Assembly: GCA_042090305.1 (NCBI GenBank) | Contig: JBELJQ010000002.1 | Coordinates: 1,970-65,969 of the forward strand | Source: Pelagibacteraceae bacterium | GTDB lineage: Bacteria > Pseudomonadota > Alphaproteobacteria > Methylaequorales > Methylaequoraceae | Length of the DNA: 64,000 bases | Direction: 5' to 3' | In this document: in pieces, positions 9,729-20,621 of the stretch | Position numbering within the stretch: position 1 is the first letter of the stretch | How the letters are laid out: every line of letters begins with the position of its first letter | Translations under genes and position numbers: made by a program | The notes under the pieces: model-generated | Databases searched by the model: none | The model's input: only the letters and a program-made list of their open reading frames with translations | Told to the model about the DNA's origin: nothing

Positions 9729-10943
9729 TTACTTTGTAAAAAACTTTATATTAGCGTTCTTTCTGAGATTCGTAAGGAAAGTATTGGAAAGCTGATTGAA
9801 TTTATTGGCAAATATTCTTGTTTCAATTTTATTTCTATTAGCCTCATCGTTATTTTGACCAGATTTATCGCATATAAAAAGTATATTATATTCGCCTGAT
9901 ATTTCAATAATATCTGTAAACTCTCCTTTATTCCTTTCTTTTAGCTGGTTTAAAAAAACTTCTGATATTTCGCTTGCTTTAATATTATTTAATTTTAATG
10001 AAGAAATATCATCAAATTCTGAAAATTTTGAATTACATTGAATATCTGAATTTTTGACCTCTTCTAAGTTCTTATCAAATGAAGAGAACTTTATAAATGA
10101 ATAAGACAATTGATCTATTCCAAAAGTTCTTTTCTTATTTAATTTTAAAATTTTATAACCATTATTTGTTTTAATATTAGATTTGATATCACCAGCATTC
10201 ATATTATGGAGTAGTTCTTTTTGTTCTGCTTCTAAATTACTCTCAAGAACCCATTTATTCTTTTTTAGATTAGATGATGAGATACTTTCATCAAATTTGT
10301 AAGCTATTAGATCAAATGATGATTCTGAATCTAATAACGTAAGAACCCTATTCATTCTATTCTTTGTATTAACCCAGTCATCAAGTTTGTTATTTTTAAA
10401 AAATATTTCCGAAAAATTATATTCAATCTTACCTACTTTATTTTGCATATTTTCGATTAATCTATCAACTTCATTTTTATTTATTGTAATTTTCGATGAA
10501 AATTTTTGACGAGTAAACTTTTTCCACAGAAGTTCAGATTTTAATTGTTCTTTAACAACATCTATATCAATGTTTTCCTCAATAAGAAATTTTTTAAATT
10601 TATCATAATCAATTACTGGGAAATCATAAATTCTTGAAATGAAGTTTTTAAGTTCATCATCCGATATTTCAACATTAGATTTTTCAGCCTCAATTTTTTT
10701 TATTTTTTCTAAAATTAACAGCTCAAGAACTCTATCGCGCACATAATCTCTATTTTTAATATTATCTTCTAGCTTTAATGATTTAAGAACTAATTTTATT
10801 CTTTCAGATAAATCGTATGTTGTTATGGCTTCTGAGTCCACAGAAACAATTAAACCTTCAAATTTTTCCTCTGACGACAAACTTGATAAATAAAAAAAAA
10901 TAAATAGTATAACGCAAGATAGATTTTTAATTTTAAATATCAC
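9729..10943 (-). CDS. surA: Periplasmic chaperone SurA-like
   Basis: Signal peptide, SurA N-domain-like region (VDSEAITTYDLSERIKLVL...). Conserved lptD-surA-pdxA order. Sequence is divergent. Confidence 0.75.
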   Translation of the reverse strand: MIFKIKNLSCVILFIFFYLSSLSSEEKFEGLIVSVDSEAITTYDLSERIKLVLKSLKLEDNIKNRDYVRDRVLELLILEKIKKIEAEKSNVEISDDELKNFISRIYDFPVIDYDKFKKFLIEENIDIDVVKEQLKSELLWKKFTRQKFSSKITINKNEVDRLIENMQNKVGKIEYNFSEIFFKNNKLDDWVNTKNRMNRVLTLLDSESSFDLIAYKFDESISSSNLKKNKWVLESNLEAEQKELLHNMNAGDIKSNIKTNNGYKILKLNKKRTFGIDQLSYSFIKFSSFDKNLEEVKNSDIQCNSKFSEFDDISSLKLNNIKASEISEVFLNQLKERNKGEFTDIIEISGEYNILFICDKSGQNNDEANRNKIETRIFANKFNQLSNTFLTNLRKNANIKFFTK

Positions 10944-13122
10944 CTTCCATAATCTCCTTTAAACTAAATAATACCATAAAGTTATTTGATGTTGGATCTT
11001 CAGCATTATGCGTATATTTTCTGTTCCATGTAAAAGATATACCTAGACATTCATCTTCATACTTAAGCTTGGTACTGATATTATTAAATTTTATTTCGTT
11101 TTTTTTATCAAATGTTGTTGAAGTCGTAAAGGACCAAAAATCACTAATAAATTGATTGTACAAAAATGAATATTGATTCTTACCTTCAATCTGAGTTTTA
11201 CCACTATCATCAAGAACGGGTGGAGAATGAATATTACTAATCTGTAAAAAGTTTTTATTTTGATTAAATGTCACGTCAGTATATGCATTTTTAAGAGATA
11301 ATTTTTCCTGATCTAGAGAAAATGTCGATTTTATAGTAAAAGAATCCACTGGTCTTATTAAAACGTTTCCAACAAAGTCTGAAAACCTTCTTGAAATACC
11401 AGTGTTTTTCTGTAGGTAACTATGATTCTTGAAGTGATAACTTTGTCCAATGGCGATTTCACTAACAAATTCAGATTCTTTTGACTTTTTTTTTAATTTA
11501 AATCCGTAATCTATTCTAGATTGATTATCCATTCTATCATTGCTTGAAAACCTATTAACATTAAATATATCGAAATAATCTAGATCAAAATTACTGATAC
11601 TATTTTCATCCGGAATTGACCTGTTAAACGCTTTTTTGTTGGATTTGATAAATAGTACATTTGGTTCAAAAATAGTTAAATAATCTTTACTATTTTTAAA
11701 ATATGGTTTTGTTAACTTAGCCGAAAAAATTGGAAAAGCATTTATTCTATTTTTATTGTATTCAAATTTGCCATTATCAGGATTTTCATACTTACTTATA
11801 TTATAAAACCCTGCATTTAGATGGGTGCCAATTTCTAACTCTGTCCCATCAGCAAGGATTGTTGGAAATAAAAGGTTCTGATTGATAAAGAATTTTTTTG
11901 TTTCAACTCCTTTCTTTCGATAAAGATTAACAAACTCTCCATTAGTATTAAGATTTATTCTATTTAAAAAGTTTTGAGAATTAAGATCAAATTTGAATCT
12001 TGGGAAGATTTTGGGTTTTGACTCTTTACTTATGTTTGTTCTAAGATCTTGAATCAAATAAGACTCAAGACTGTAAAAATTCTGTTTTCTGTGAGAAGCT
12101 AGTTTAATTGAAGATTCAAGAATATCTCTATGTCCGTATCTATAAGTATTTAAATAGTTTCTATCTGTTGCTCTTTCTAATTTTAGATTTAGATATGTAT
12201 TCTCACTTATATCAAATTTTGATTCTGTCCTTAAATGCCCTCTTTTTTTATTTTCCTTTATTGAATTTACTTTTTGATTTTCTATAGTTCCACTAAAATC
12301 TGTTCTAATTTCTCCATTTTTAAAATTTTTTCTATGTTCCATAAATAATGCTGGATTTCTTTTTTGCGAGAACTTGGGTTGTATTGTAAGATCATTGTAT
12401 TTGTTAATTGGAATGTAATAGGGGATGTCAGTAGAAAAACCAAAATAATGATTTTGTTTATAACTTGGTGCAAGAAACCCAGCTTTTCTTTTTACAAATG
12501 GTGATGGTATAGAAAAATAAGGTATATAAAATATACTTCTGCCATTTAAGTCTAAATATGAATCATAGAATTTAACTGTCATATCTTTTTTATTATGAAT
12601 AATCTTTTTAGCCTTGACCTGTACAAGAGGTTGCTCATATTTATTTGTTTTTTTATTTTTACAAATATCACATGCTGTAAAAACACCACTCTCAAGTTTT
12701 TCCCAATACTGATCTCTTCTTTCCACCTTTTTTGCGGCTATTCTAATATGCTTGTCCTTTTTTCCCTCAACCTGGGTTGGTATATAAAGATAATTTTCGT
12801 GGATTATTGCATTATCTAAAGTTTTATCTGCTACTATTTTATTTGCTCTTAAAATGGTTCCATCTTTTTTATCAAAAATTTTTACTTTATCAGTTGCAGA
12901 AATTACATTAGTTTCATTATTTAAAAAAACTTTTTCAGCAGATAATTTAAATAAATCATCAATTACCTCTACATTTCCAGTAGCATAAATTCTTGTATTA
13001 TTCTTATCGTAAGTGAATTGGTCTGCATTAATTTCTAACTCGTCACTTGAAAATACCTCTGAAAAACAAAAAAATAAAAAGATAAATATTGAAAATATAA
13101 ATAACTTAGCCATCTTCAACAT
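10933..13122 (-). CDS. lptD: LPS-assembly outer membrane protein LptD
   Basis: 729 aa, signal peptide, OstA-like N-domain (INADQFTYDKNNTRIYATGNVEV), aromatic-rich beta-barrel body. Sits upstream of surA. Confidence 0.9.
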   Translation of the reverse strand: MLKMAKLFIFSIFIFLFFCFSEVFSSDELEINADQFTYDKNNTRIYATGNVEVIDDLFKLSAEKVFLNNETNVISATDKVKIFDKKDGTILRANKIVADKTLDNAIIHENYLYIPTQVEGKKDKHIRIAAKKVERRDQYWEKLESGVFTACDICKNKKTNKYEQPLVQVKAKKIIHNKKDMTVKFYDSYLDLNGRSIFYIPYFSIPSPFVKRKAGFLAPSYKQNHYFGFSTDIPYYIPINKYNDLTIQPKFSQKRNPALFMEHRKNFKNGEIRTDFSGTIENQKVNSIKENKKRGHLRTESKFDISENTYLNLKLERATDRNYLNTYRYGHRDILESSIKLASHRKQNFYSLESYLIQDLRTNISKESKPKIFPRFKFDLNSQNFLNRINLNTNGEFVNLYRKKGVETKKFFINQNLLFPTILADGTELEIGTHLNAGFYNISKYENPDNGKFEYNKNRINAFPIFSAKLTKPYFKNSKDYLTIFEPNVLFIKSNKKAFNRSIPDENSISNFDLDYFDIFNVNRFSSNDRMDNQSRIDYGFKLKKKSKESEFVSEIAIGQSYHFKNHSYLQKNTGISRRFSDFVGNVLIRPVDSFTIKSTFSLDQEKLSLKNAYTDVTFNQNKNFLQISNIHSPPVLDDSGKTQIEGKNQYSFLYNQFISDFWSFTTSTTFDKKNEIKFNNISTKLKYEDECLGISFTWNRKYTHNAEDPTSNNFMVLFSLKEIMEGDI

Positions 13123-14203
13123 GTATTAATGCACTAATTAAAAATAAATTGAAAATTAAGGGTATTGCCCATACTGCAAAAAAGATATTTAGATTTCCTG
13201 TTTGTCCTAATGTTTTTACTAAATCACCCGTAAAATGGAATATTACACCAACTATTATACCAATAACTACCATCATAAAGTTTTTTTTTACTCTATTTTT
13301 TTTTATAGATAAAAGACACCCTAGTAGTACCATTGATAGCAAGATAAGTGGATATGAATATAAGTAATTTTTGTAGACAATATGCTTTACAACTGAAAAC
13401 CCTGATTTTTCAAGGTTTGAGATATACTCATTTAACTCCCAAAAACTTATTGATTCTGGGGGTCTAAAATTCTTTTCAATTTTTTTAGCATCTAAATTTA
13501 TTAATAACTTAATTTTTTCAAATTTAGCAGGGAGTTTATTAATTTCTAATCTATAACCCTTATTAAGTTCCCAAAGTTCATCATTGACCATTTTCACACT
13601 CTCTACATCAATTCTTTCAAGAAATTGATTATTAAGATCAAATCTAAAAATCTTAACATTTTTTAATTCTTGTTCATCAGATGAGTATAATTTAGAATTT
13701 ATTACATATTCAAATTCTTCATTCTTCTCTCTAAGCCATAAACCTGTTTGTGAAACAGAATATAAACCTGATGAACCTTTAAAATATGTATTTTCTACAT
13801 TCTTAAATTTTATATTCATGTATGAAAATACTGGATTAAAAACAAATAAAAATAAAATACTGACAATAAATACATTTATGACCGCAGGAAGAATTAGCGA
13901 CCAAATTGAAAAACCTGATGCCCTTAGAACACTGAGCTCATTATTTTTATTCAACTTCATATAGGTATTCATTGAGCTGAGTAAAAAAACAGTTGGCAAA
14001 ATTATTGGAAATAAAGTCGGTATGTGTAAAAAAGCCATCTTGAGTAATATATTTAGTTCAATATTTTTACTTGAGCTTCTTCTTATAAGTTCAATTAAAT
14101 CAATTGATACAAATAATATACATGCGAAAGAAAATATTATTATAAAAGAGAAAAAATTTTCTTTTATTAGATATCGTAAGACTAGTTTACTCTTAAAAGT
14201 CAT
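13106..14203 (-). CDS. lptG: LPS export ABC permease LptG (YjgP/YjgQ family)
   Basis: Six-TM permease with a periplasmic insert. Second gene of the lptFG pair that is divergent from pepA. Confidence 0.8.
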   Translation of the reverse strand: MTFKSKLVLRYLIKENFFSFIIIFSFACILFVSIDLIELIRRSSSKNIELNILLKMAFLHIPTLFPIILPTVFLLSSMNTYMKLNKNNELSVLRASGFSIWSLILPAVINVFIVSILFLFVFNPVFSYMNIKFKNVENTYFKGSSGLYSVSQTGLWLREKNEEFEYVINSKLYSSDEQELKNVKIFRFDLNNQFLERIDVESVKMVNDELWELNKGYRLEINKLPAKFEKIKLLINLDAKKIEKNFRPPESISFWELNEYISNLEKSGFSVVKHIVYKNYLYSYPLILLSMVLLGCLLSIKKNRVKKNFMMVVIGIIVGVIFHFTGDLVKTLGQTGNLNIFFAVWAIPLIFNLFLISALIHVEDG

Positions 14204-15285
14204 ATTTTTTTTGACTTATGTAAAAAAAACGGAATTAGTAAAAAACTTATGCAAGCAGGAAGAAAATTAATGATTTGAAGATCAATAAATTTTATTGATA
14301 AGTTTGAGGATATTATTGATAGTACTTGCAAACTTATAATAGTAGAAAAAACAAATATAGTTCTGCGAAAATTTTCTGTTCTTTTATAAGTAAAGGTAAG
14401 TATTAATACTGCAATCAAAGAGCTAAATGTCAGGACATTTATTGGCATCGAGTATCTTAAGGTCAATTCAGCTTTAAAAGCTTGCTTATTATTTTGGTCA
14501 TCTTGAGAAAAAGCATTAGGGTTTTTTAATTCTTTTATAGTCCTTTCCGCAGGAGATTTCCATCGATTTACAAAATTACTATTATCATTTTGATTTATAT
14601 CTAATAGATATTTATCAAAGTAAAGTACAGAAAGCTTTTTATCCTCGGATTGAAATTGTTGCGAACCCTCCTCTAATAAAATTTTTGTCGACTCATCAGT
14701 AGAAATTATTGTTCCCTTCTTTGCAATAAGTGTTGAAGTTTGTTCATTATTTCTTGTGTCATGAATAAATACATTATGTAACCCTTCAGAACTTCTTTCT
14801 TTTACATAAATAGTGAAATTCTTCCCAATTGTATTGAACATCCCTTCTTGAAGAAGACTAGCTGAATAATCATTTTTCAATGTGTAAAACAGTATTTTAA
14901 AATCCGAATTTGATTTTGGAGACTGATAAAGTGTAAAATATAAACTCATAAGGCTTAATATTGATGAAAAAATAACAATTGGTTTTAGCATGTCAACAAA
15001 GGTATAACTCGAAGACTGAAGAATAATAAGTTCTCTATCAGTCTGCATTCTTGAAAATACAAAATAGGTTGATAAACAAACTATAATTGGCAAAATTACA
15101 GGAATAATTTGTGGTAATGATAATGATATAAGTTTAAAAAAAATATAAAAAGGGAGGCCTCGCCCCACCATTAACTCAATTAACTGAACGCTTTTTGCTA
15201 GGCAAAATAAGGAAATCACAAGCAAAAAAATGAGTAAAGAATTATAACAAAGTTGTTTAAATATGTATTTGTCAACTAATTTCAT
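14200..15285 (-). CDS. lptF: LPS export ABC permease LptF (YjgP/YjgQ family)
   Basis: Same family as lptG. The pepA-divergent position matches the E. coli and alphaproteobacterial arrangement. Confidence 0.8.
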   Translation of the reverse strand: MKLVDKYIFKQLCYNSLLIFLLVISLFCLAKSVQLIELMVGRGLPFYIFFKLISLSLPQIIPVILPIIVCLSTYFVFSRMQTDRELIILQSSSYTFVDMLKPIVIFSSILSLMSLYFTLYQSPKSNSDFKILFYTLKNDYSASLLQEGMFNTIGKNFTIYVKERSSEGLHNVFIHDTRNNEQTSTLIAKKGTIISTDESTKILLEEGSQQFQSEDKKLSVLYFDKYLLDINQNDNSNFVNRWKSPAERTIKELKNPNAFSQDDQNNKQAFKAELTLRYSMPINVLTFSSLIAVLILTFTYKRTENFRRTIFVFSTIISLQVLSIISSNLSIKFIDLQIINFLPACISFLLIPFFLHKSKKI

Positions 15286-15351
15286 TGAATAATTTAAAAA
15301 AAAACAATATACATTATTTATTACAAATTTTAATCTTAATTAATACTGAAA

Positions 15352-16821
15352 ATGAAAATAAGTTTCTCAAGCCAATATAACAAAAATGATGATCTTCTTA
15401 TAATTTATTCTAATAAAAGCAGATTATATAAAACTTCTAAATTTGAAAAAGACACCAGAATATTTATCGATAAGGTTGATGAAGTTAATAAATCAAAGAA
15501 AAACTTTCTAGAATCTTTGAAATTAAATGATTCAAGCAATATCAAAAATTTGATTATCGCTAAATCCGACTTGAGCTCAAACCCATCCAATATAGAATCA
15601 TTATCTGGCAAGATTCTTAGTGAGTTAGAAAAAAAGAAAATAAAAAAAATATCAATATTTGTAGATTATGGAAAAAATAACCTTGAAAGAACCAACCTAC
15701 TTAAGTCATTATCGTTTGGTTTCTTGATGAAAGATTATAGATTCGAAAAATATAAAACTATTACAAAAAAAGATTTTCAGGTTGAGAATCTTAAATTTGT
15801 TGTTTCTTTAGGTAAATCTGAAGTTAAAGAACTTGAGAGTCATATGGACACCGTAAACGGCATATACTTAACAAGAGACCTTGTTTCCGAACCTGCTAAT
15901 ATTTTATTTCCACAGAAATTCGTTGAGTTTTGTAATGTATTAAAAAAGGTAGGAGTAAAATTAGAGGTTTTAGATGAAAAAAAAATTACAAAACTTGGAA
16001 TGAACGCATTAATGGGAGTTGCACAAGGTTCAGTAAAACCCCCAAGAGTGTTAATCATGAAGTGGAATGGAAAAAAAGATAAGTCATTTTCCAAACCGTT
16101 AGCTTTTGTTGGAAAAGGTGTGACATTTGACACGGGAGGAATATCGATTAAACCATCCGGTGGAATGGAGGATATGAAGTGGGATATGGGAGGAGCAGGT
16201 GTGGTTGCTGGACTAATGTACACGCTTGCTGCTAGGAAATCTAAAGTTAATGTTGTAGGCATTGTTGGTTTAGTGGAGAACATGCCAGATGGAAATGCAC
16301 AAAGACCCGGTGATATTGTTAAATCAATGTCAGGTCAAACGATAGAGGTTCTAAATACAGATGCTGAGGGTAGATTGGTATTAGCAGATATAATTACTCA
16401 TGTAAGAAAAGAATTTAACCCTAAATTAATGGTTGATTTAGCTACCCTAACAGGTGCAATAATAGTGGCACTTGGTGAAAGGTATGCTGGTCTCTTTTCT
16501 AACTCTGATAAGCTTGCAGAGCAACTCTATAAATCTTCTGTTAACACAAAAGAATTGCTTTGGAGGTTACCGTTGGACAGTCATTTTGATGGATTGCTCA
16601 ACTGTTCAGTTGCTGATATGAAAAATATAACAGGTACAAGGGGTGCTGGAAGTATAACTGCTGCGCAGTTTATTAAACGTTTTGTTGGTGAAGTGGATTG
16701 GGCTCACTTAGATATTGCAGGAGTCACATGGTCAAAAAGAGGGACAGAATTTTCAAGACCTGGCGGAACAGGCTTTGGTGTTAGACTTTTGGATGACTTT
16801 GTTAAAAAAAATTATGAATAA
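15352..16821 (+). CDS. pepA: Leucyl aminopeptidase (M17)
   Basis: GKGVTFDTGGISIKP, NTDAEGRLVLAD, LATLTGA motifs. Confidence 0.95.
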   Translation: MKISFSSQYNKNDDLLIIYSNKSRLYKTSKFEKDTRIFIDKVDEVNKSKKNFLESLKLNDSSNIKNLIIAKSDLSSNPSNIESLSGKILSELEKKKIKKISIFVDYGKNNLERTNLLKSLSFGFLMKDYRFEKYKTITKKDFQVENLKFVVSLGKSEVKELESHMDTVNGIYLTRDLVSEPANILFPQKFVEFCNVLKKVGVKLEVLDEKKITKLGMNALMGVAQGSVKPPRVLIMKWNGKKDKSFSKPLAFVGKGVTFDTGGISIKPSGGMEDMKWDMGGAGVVAGLMYTLAARKSKVNVVGIVGLVENMPDGNAQRPGDIVKSMSGQTIEVLNTDAEGRLVLADIITHVRKEFNPKLMVDLATLTGAIIVALGERYAGLFSNSDKLAEQLYKSSVNTKELLWRLPLDSHFDGLLNCSVADMKNITGTRGAGSITAAQFIKRFVGEVDWAHLDIAGVTWSKRGTEFSRPGGTGFGVRLLDDFVKKNYE

Positions 16822-17278
16822 CAGGGTAATTCCTATCCAAGTAAATTTGTACTCTATTTCATCTGACTTCAAAGACATAATGTTGAGGTTATGCGAAAGT
16901 TTTATAAAAAAATCACAAAAAGCGATTATCATGCTCAAAGACATTCAAGAGTTAGAAGATTTAGATAAATTTTTATGGACTAGAAACAAAAATAGCTTTA
17001 TTCCACATAAATCTATTACAGACCAAATATTAGAAACAGACAGTATAATTCTTTCATACAATAATTTAAATGGATTAAAAGTTGATAAAAAATTTGATAC
17101 GTTGATTATTTCACCCTATAGAAGTATAAAAACATTTAAATTATTTAAAAAGTATCTAGTCTTCTCATATAAAAAAAATAACTCAGTTCCAAAATTATAT
17201 AAAGATAAACTAGAGTCAAAGGGTTTTAATGTTGTTTGTTATGACGAATATGAAAAATTTAAATGGAAAGTATCATAA
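16814..17278 (+). CDS. holC: DNA polymerase III chi subunit
   Basis: Conserved position after pepA. About 154 aa from the ATG at 16814, which overlaps the pepA stop (ATGAATAA). The track start at 16715 lies inside pepA and is rejected. Sequence is weakly conserved. Confidence 0.65.
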   Translation: MNNRVIPIQVNLYSISSDFKDIMLRLCESFIKKSQKAIIMLKDIQELEDLDKFLWTRNKNSFIPHKSITDQILETDSIILSYNNLNGLKVDKKFDTLIISPYRSIKTFKLFKKYLVFSYKKNNSVPKLYKDKLESKGFNVVCYDEYEKFKWKVS

Positions 17279-17298
17279 ACTTAATAGGAGAAATTGTT

Positions 17299-17718
17299 AT
17301 GCAACTCACTTTATCAATAATTAAACCAGATGCTGTTAAAAGGAATATTACTGGAGAGATTAATGCAATGATTGAAAAAAAAGGAATAAAGATAGTTGGT
17401 CAGAGAATGATTAAATTATCTTTAGAGGATGCTCAAAGGTTTTATATGATTCATAAAGATAGAGCATTTTATCAGGATTTATGTAATTATATGATTTCAG
17501 GCCCAATTGTTGTTCAAGTTCTTGAGGCTAAGGATGTAATTTCAAAATATAGAGAGTTAATGGGAGCAACCAACCCAGCCAACGCTGATGATAATACCAT
17601 TAGAAAGAATTATGGATTGTCTGTTGAAGAGAATTCTGTGCATGGTTCTGATAGTGAAGAAAATGCAAAGATTGAAGTAGAATTTTTTTTTAGTAACCAA
17701 GAAACATTTAGCTCTTAA
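17299..17718 (+). CDS. ndk: Nucleoside diphosphate kinase
   Basis: LSIIKPDAV, MISGPIVVQVLE, NSVHGSDS active-site His. AGGAG Shine-Dalgarno before the ATG at 17299. The track start at 17263 adds 12 non-conserved residues. Confidence 0.95.
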   Translation: MQLTLSIIKPDAVKRNITGEINAMIEKKGIKIVGQRMIKLSLEDAQRFYMIHKDRAFYQDLCNYMISGPIVVQVLEAKDVISKYRELMGATNPANADDNTIRKNYGLSVEENSVHGSDSEENAKIEVEFFFSNQETFSS

Positions 17719-17829
17719 TAAATCAAAAAGAACCAAAGAAAAACTAAGAGTATTATGACCAATATAGACGATATAATACTAAATTTCATAAATTTACTAT
17801 AAAATTCCTCGTGCTTTTTGCTATTTACT

Positions 17830-18402
17830 TTATCCATTACAATTCTCCAAATTTCTTAATACTTTTATATATAATTTATGTTCTTTCTTCAATATTTTTT
17901 TTGATAGAGATTTTTCATTATCATCCAAACTAACTTTTACGATATCTTGATCAATTATATTACCAGAGTCAATTTTTTCATTTACATAATGAACTGTACA
18001 TCCTGCATATTTTACATTGTTTTTAATTGCATTTAGTTGAGGTTTTAGACCTTTAAATGCTGGTAATAAAGAGGGGTGAATGTTAATTATTTTATTTTTC
18101 CATTTATTTACGAAATCTTTATCCAATACTTTCATAAAGCCTGCCAAACATATTAATTCGATACCATTTTTGATAAGGCTTTTTTCTAACAATAAATAAA
18201 AATTTTTATTATCAAAATTAGATTCATCGAGAGTTAAAGTTGGAATATTTCTAATTTCAGGAATAAGTAAACCAGGTGCCTTTGCGTTATTGGAAACGAT
18301 AAGTTCAATTGATGATTTTAATTCTTTTCTTTGACAGGCTCTTACTATCTCCTTCATATTACTTCCCCTGCCAGAAATAAAAATTGCTAATTTAAATCCC
18401 AT
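17830..18402 (-). CDS. purN: Phosphoribosylglycinamide formyltransferase
   Basis: ISGRGSNM, LAGFMKVL, NIHPSLLPAFKG motifs. purM-purN pair. Confidence 0.93.
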   Translation of the reverse strand: MGFKLAIFISGRGSNMKEIVRACQRKELKSSIELIVSNNAKAPGLLIPEIRNIPTLTLDESNFDNKNFYLLLEKSLIKNGIELICLAGFMKVLDKDFVNKWKNKIINIHPSLLPAFKGLKPQLNAIKNNVKYAGCTVHYVNEKIDSGNIIDQDIVKVSLDDNEKSLSKKILKKEHKLYIKVLRNLENCNG

Positions 18403-19448
18403 TCCCCAAACTTCTTCACTATAATATTCTGATTTGAAATATTATCCTTAACCTTACCTATTTGATGACTCTTAATTTTATTTTTTTTAAAATAATTTAA
18501 GAGTATATTTTTTTTCTCATTTGGTACAATCATAATCAAACCTAGACCACAATTAAATGTTTTAAGCATTTCTAAATTATCAATTTTACCTAATTTTTTT
18601 AACCATAAAAATTCATCTGGAATTTTGAAATTAGGTGCATCAATCACACCACAAAGATTATCTGGTAAAACTCGTGGAAGATTTTCAAAAATTCCTCCTC
18701 CAGTGATATGAGCGATTGTATTAACACATTTTTTTTTTATAAGTGGTAGCACATCATTTACATAAATACGTGTTGGCTTAAGAAGGATGTCACCTATTTT
18801 TTTTCTTTGTAATTTAAAATTATCATTTAATGAAATTTTATTAATTTCTAGTATTTTTCTTATCAATGAAAAACCGTTAGAATGAAATCCATTTGATTCA
18901 AGACCAAATATTAAATCATTAGCCTTAACACTACCTTTATTTAGAATATTCTCTCTCTCGACAACCCCTACAGAAAAACCCGCTAAATCGAAATCATTAT
19001 TTTGGTATAAACCAGGCATTTCCGCTGTTTCCCCCCCAACTAGAGAGCACTTTGACTCCATACATGCTTTATTAATACTCTTTATCAAATTTAGAAAGTC
19101 CTTTTTAATTATTTTAGATGATGAAATGTAATCTAGGAAAAATAGCGGCTCACCCCCACTAGCTAAAATATCGTTAACACACATAGCTACAAGATCAAAT
19201 CCAAGGTATTGAATTTTATTAAAGTCTAATGCAACCTTTAACTTTGTACCAACCCCATCGGTACTACTTAAAAGAATAGGATCCCTATAGTTTAATTTTT
19301 TTAGATCAAATAGTGAACAAAATCCTCCTTTATTATTAATAACTTCACGTCTATAGTTTCTAGAGGTAATTCTCTCAAGATTTTTTACTAATTTTGATGC
19401 TTTCTTAGTATCGACACCAGAGGATTTATAGGTAATCTTTATAGTCAA
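18387..19448 (-). CDS. purM: Phosphoribosylformylglycinamidine cyclo-ligase
   Basis: TDGVGTKLK, DLVAMCVNDI, GGETAEMPG, AHITGGG motifs. Confidence 0.95.
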   Translation of the reverse strand: MTIKITYKSSGVDTKKASKLVKNLERITSRNYRREVINNKGGFCSLFDLKKLNYRDPILLSSTDGVGTKLKVALDFNKIQYLGFDLVAMCVNDILASGGEPLFFLDYISSSKIIKKDFLNLIKSINKACMESKCSLVGGETAEMPGLYQNNDFDLAGFSVGVVERENILNKGSVKANDLIFGLESNGFHSNGFSLIRKILEINKISLNDNFKLQRKKIGDILLKPTRIYVNDVLPLIKKKCVNTIAHITGGGIFENLPRVLPDNLCGVIDAPNFKIPDEFLWLKKLGKIDNLEMLKTFNCGLGLIMIVPNEKKNILLNYFKKNKIKSHQIGKVKDNISNQNIIVKKFGEWDLN

Positions 19449-19526
19449 CTCCTAATTTTCTTTATTAATTACCTTAATAAAGATTTAATGTTATAAAATG
19501 ATCTAAACATAACAACTTTTGAATAT

Positions 19527-20621
19527 TTGCAAAATTTTTTTAGATATTTTTTTATTATATTTATTATAAACTTTCATGTACATGGAAATGATTCACTATA
19601 TCTCGTGAAAGATAATCAAATTTTCATTCAAAATGAAGATAACATTTCAGATTTAAGAGAAAAAGCAAAAAATATAGCATTTGAAAATGCCTTTGGAATT
19701 CTTGTAAAAAAAATTGCTGAACCACGAGATTTTTCAAAGTTGAATTTTCTTGAAGATATTAAAATAAATAGCTTGGTAACAGACTATAATATTACAAATG
19801 AAATCATTTCTGATATTAGTTATTCAGCAAATATTGCAGTAAATTTCAATCCGGGTCTAATTTTAGAGTTCTTTTCAAATAATAATATTAGGGTCCAAAC
19901 TCTAGTATCCGATCAATACTTAGTTTTACCAGTTATGAAAAAATTTAATACATTATACTTATGGGAGGCAAATAATCTTTGGTACGAGAATCTAAGAATA
20001 GAATATGATGATGTAAGCTTACTTAAATTATACTTTCCTGAGAAAAATCATCTCAATAAATTAAGAATTTCAGCAAATAAGATAATTAATAAAGATATAG
20101 AAAGTTTAAAAAAATTTCTTAAATTTCATAGTAAGAAAAATGCTATCATTGTAATACTTGAAGAAAACTTTGATAATAAAATAAAAAAATTTAAAAGTAG
20201 GGTTGAATTAATTACTTATACTAATGATAAATTTGAAATAATTAAATTTCCTCAAGACGAAAGATTTAATCAGATATCTTCAACCTCACAAATAAAACTT
20301 ATAGCTAAAATTACTATCAACGAGTTACAAAATTGGTGGAAAAATAAAATTGATTCTTTGGATTCTTTATCATCAAGTATTAGCACCTTTTTTATTCAAT
20401 ATAATTTCAATGATATTAAACGAAGTGTTTTTATAGAAAATGTATTACTTCAAGTTTTTAATGAAGAGGATCTCACTTTCAATGAAATTAAAGGAAACTC
20501 GGTATCCTTCAAAGTCAATTCCAGCTTTTCAGAAGATAAAATAAATCTTGCATTAGAGAAATATGGCTTAAAAATTTCATTAGTAGAAAAAAATATTTTT
20601 TTAATCAAAGAAACTAATTAA
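19527..20621 (+). CDS. Secreted hypothetical protein (DUF2066-like by synteny)
   Basis: Hydrophobic N-terminus. It sits between purM (divergent) and hda, where proteobacteria usually carry a DUF2066 protein. There is no sequence-level confirmation. Confidence 0.4.
   Translation: MQNFFRYFFIIFIINFHVHGNDSLYLVKDNQIFIQNEDNISDLREKAKNIAFENAFGILVKKIAEPRDFSKLNFLEDIKINSLVTDYNITNEIISDISYSANIAVNFNPGLILEFFSNNNIRVQTLVSDQYLVLPVMKKFNTLYLWEANNLWYENLRIEYDDVSLLKLYFPEKNHLNKLRISANKIINKDIESLKKFLKFHSKKNAIIVILEENFDNKIKKFKSRVELITYTNDKFEIIKFPQDERFNQISSTSQIKLIAKITINELQNWWKNKIDSLDSLSSSISTFFIQYNFNDIKRSVFIENVLLQVFNEEDLTFNEIKGNSVSFKVNSSFSEDKINLALEKYGLKISLVEKNIFLIKETN

Noticed and set aside
16715-17298. Upstream starts given by the track for holC (16715) and ndk (17263), and likewise for gatC (32910), the lipoprotein (50182), flhF (56842) and flgB (49130)
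   Set aside because: Each extension overlaps the preceding gene or a promoter and adds non-conserved residues. Internal ATGs with better SD or context reproduce the canonical protein N-termini.
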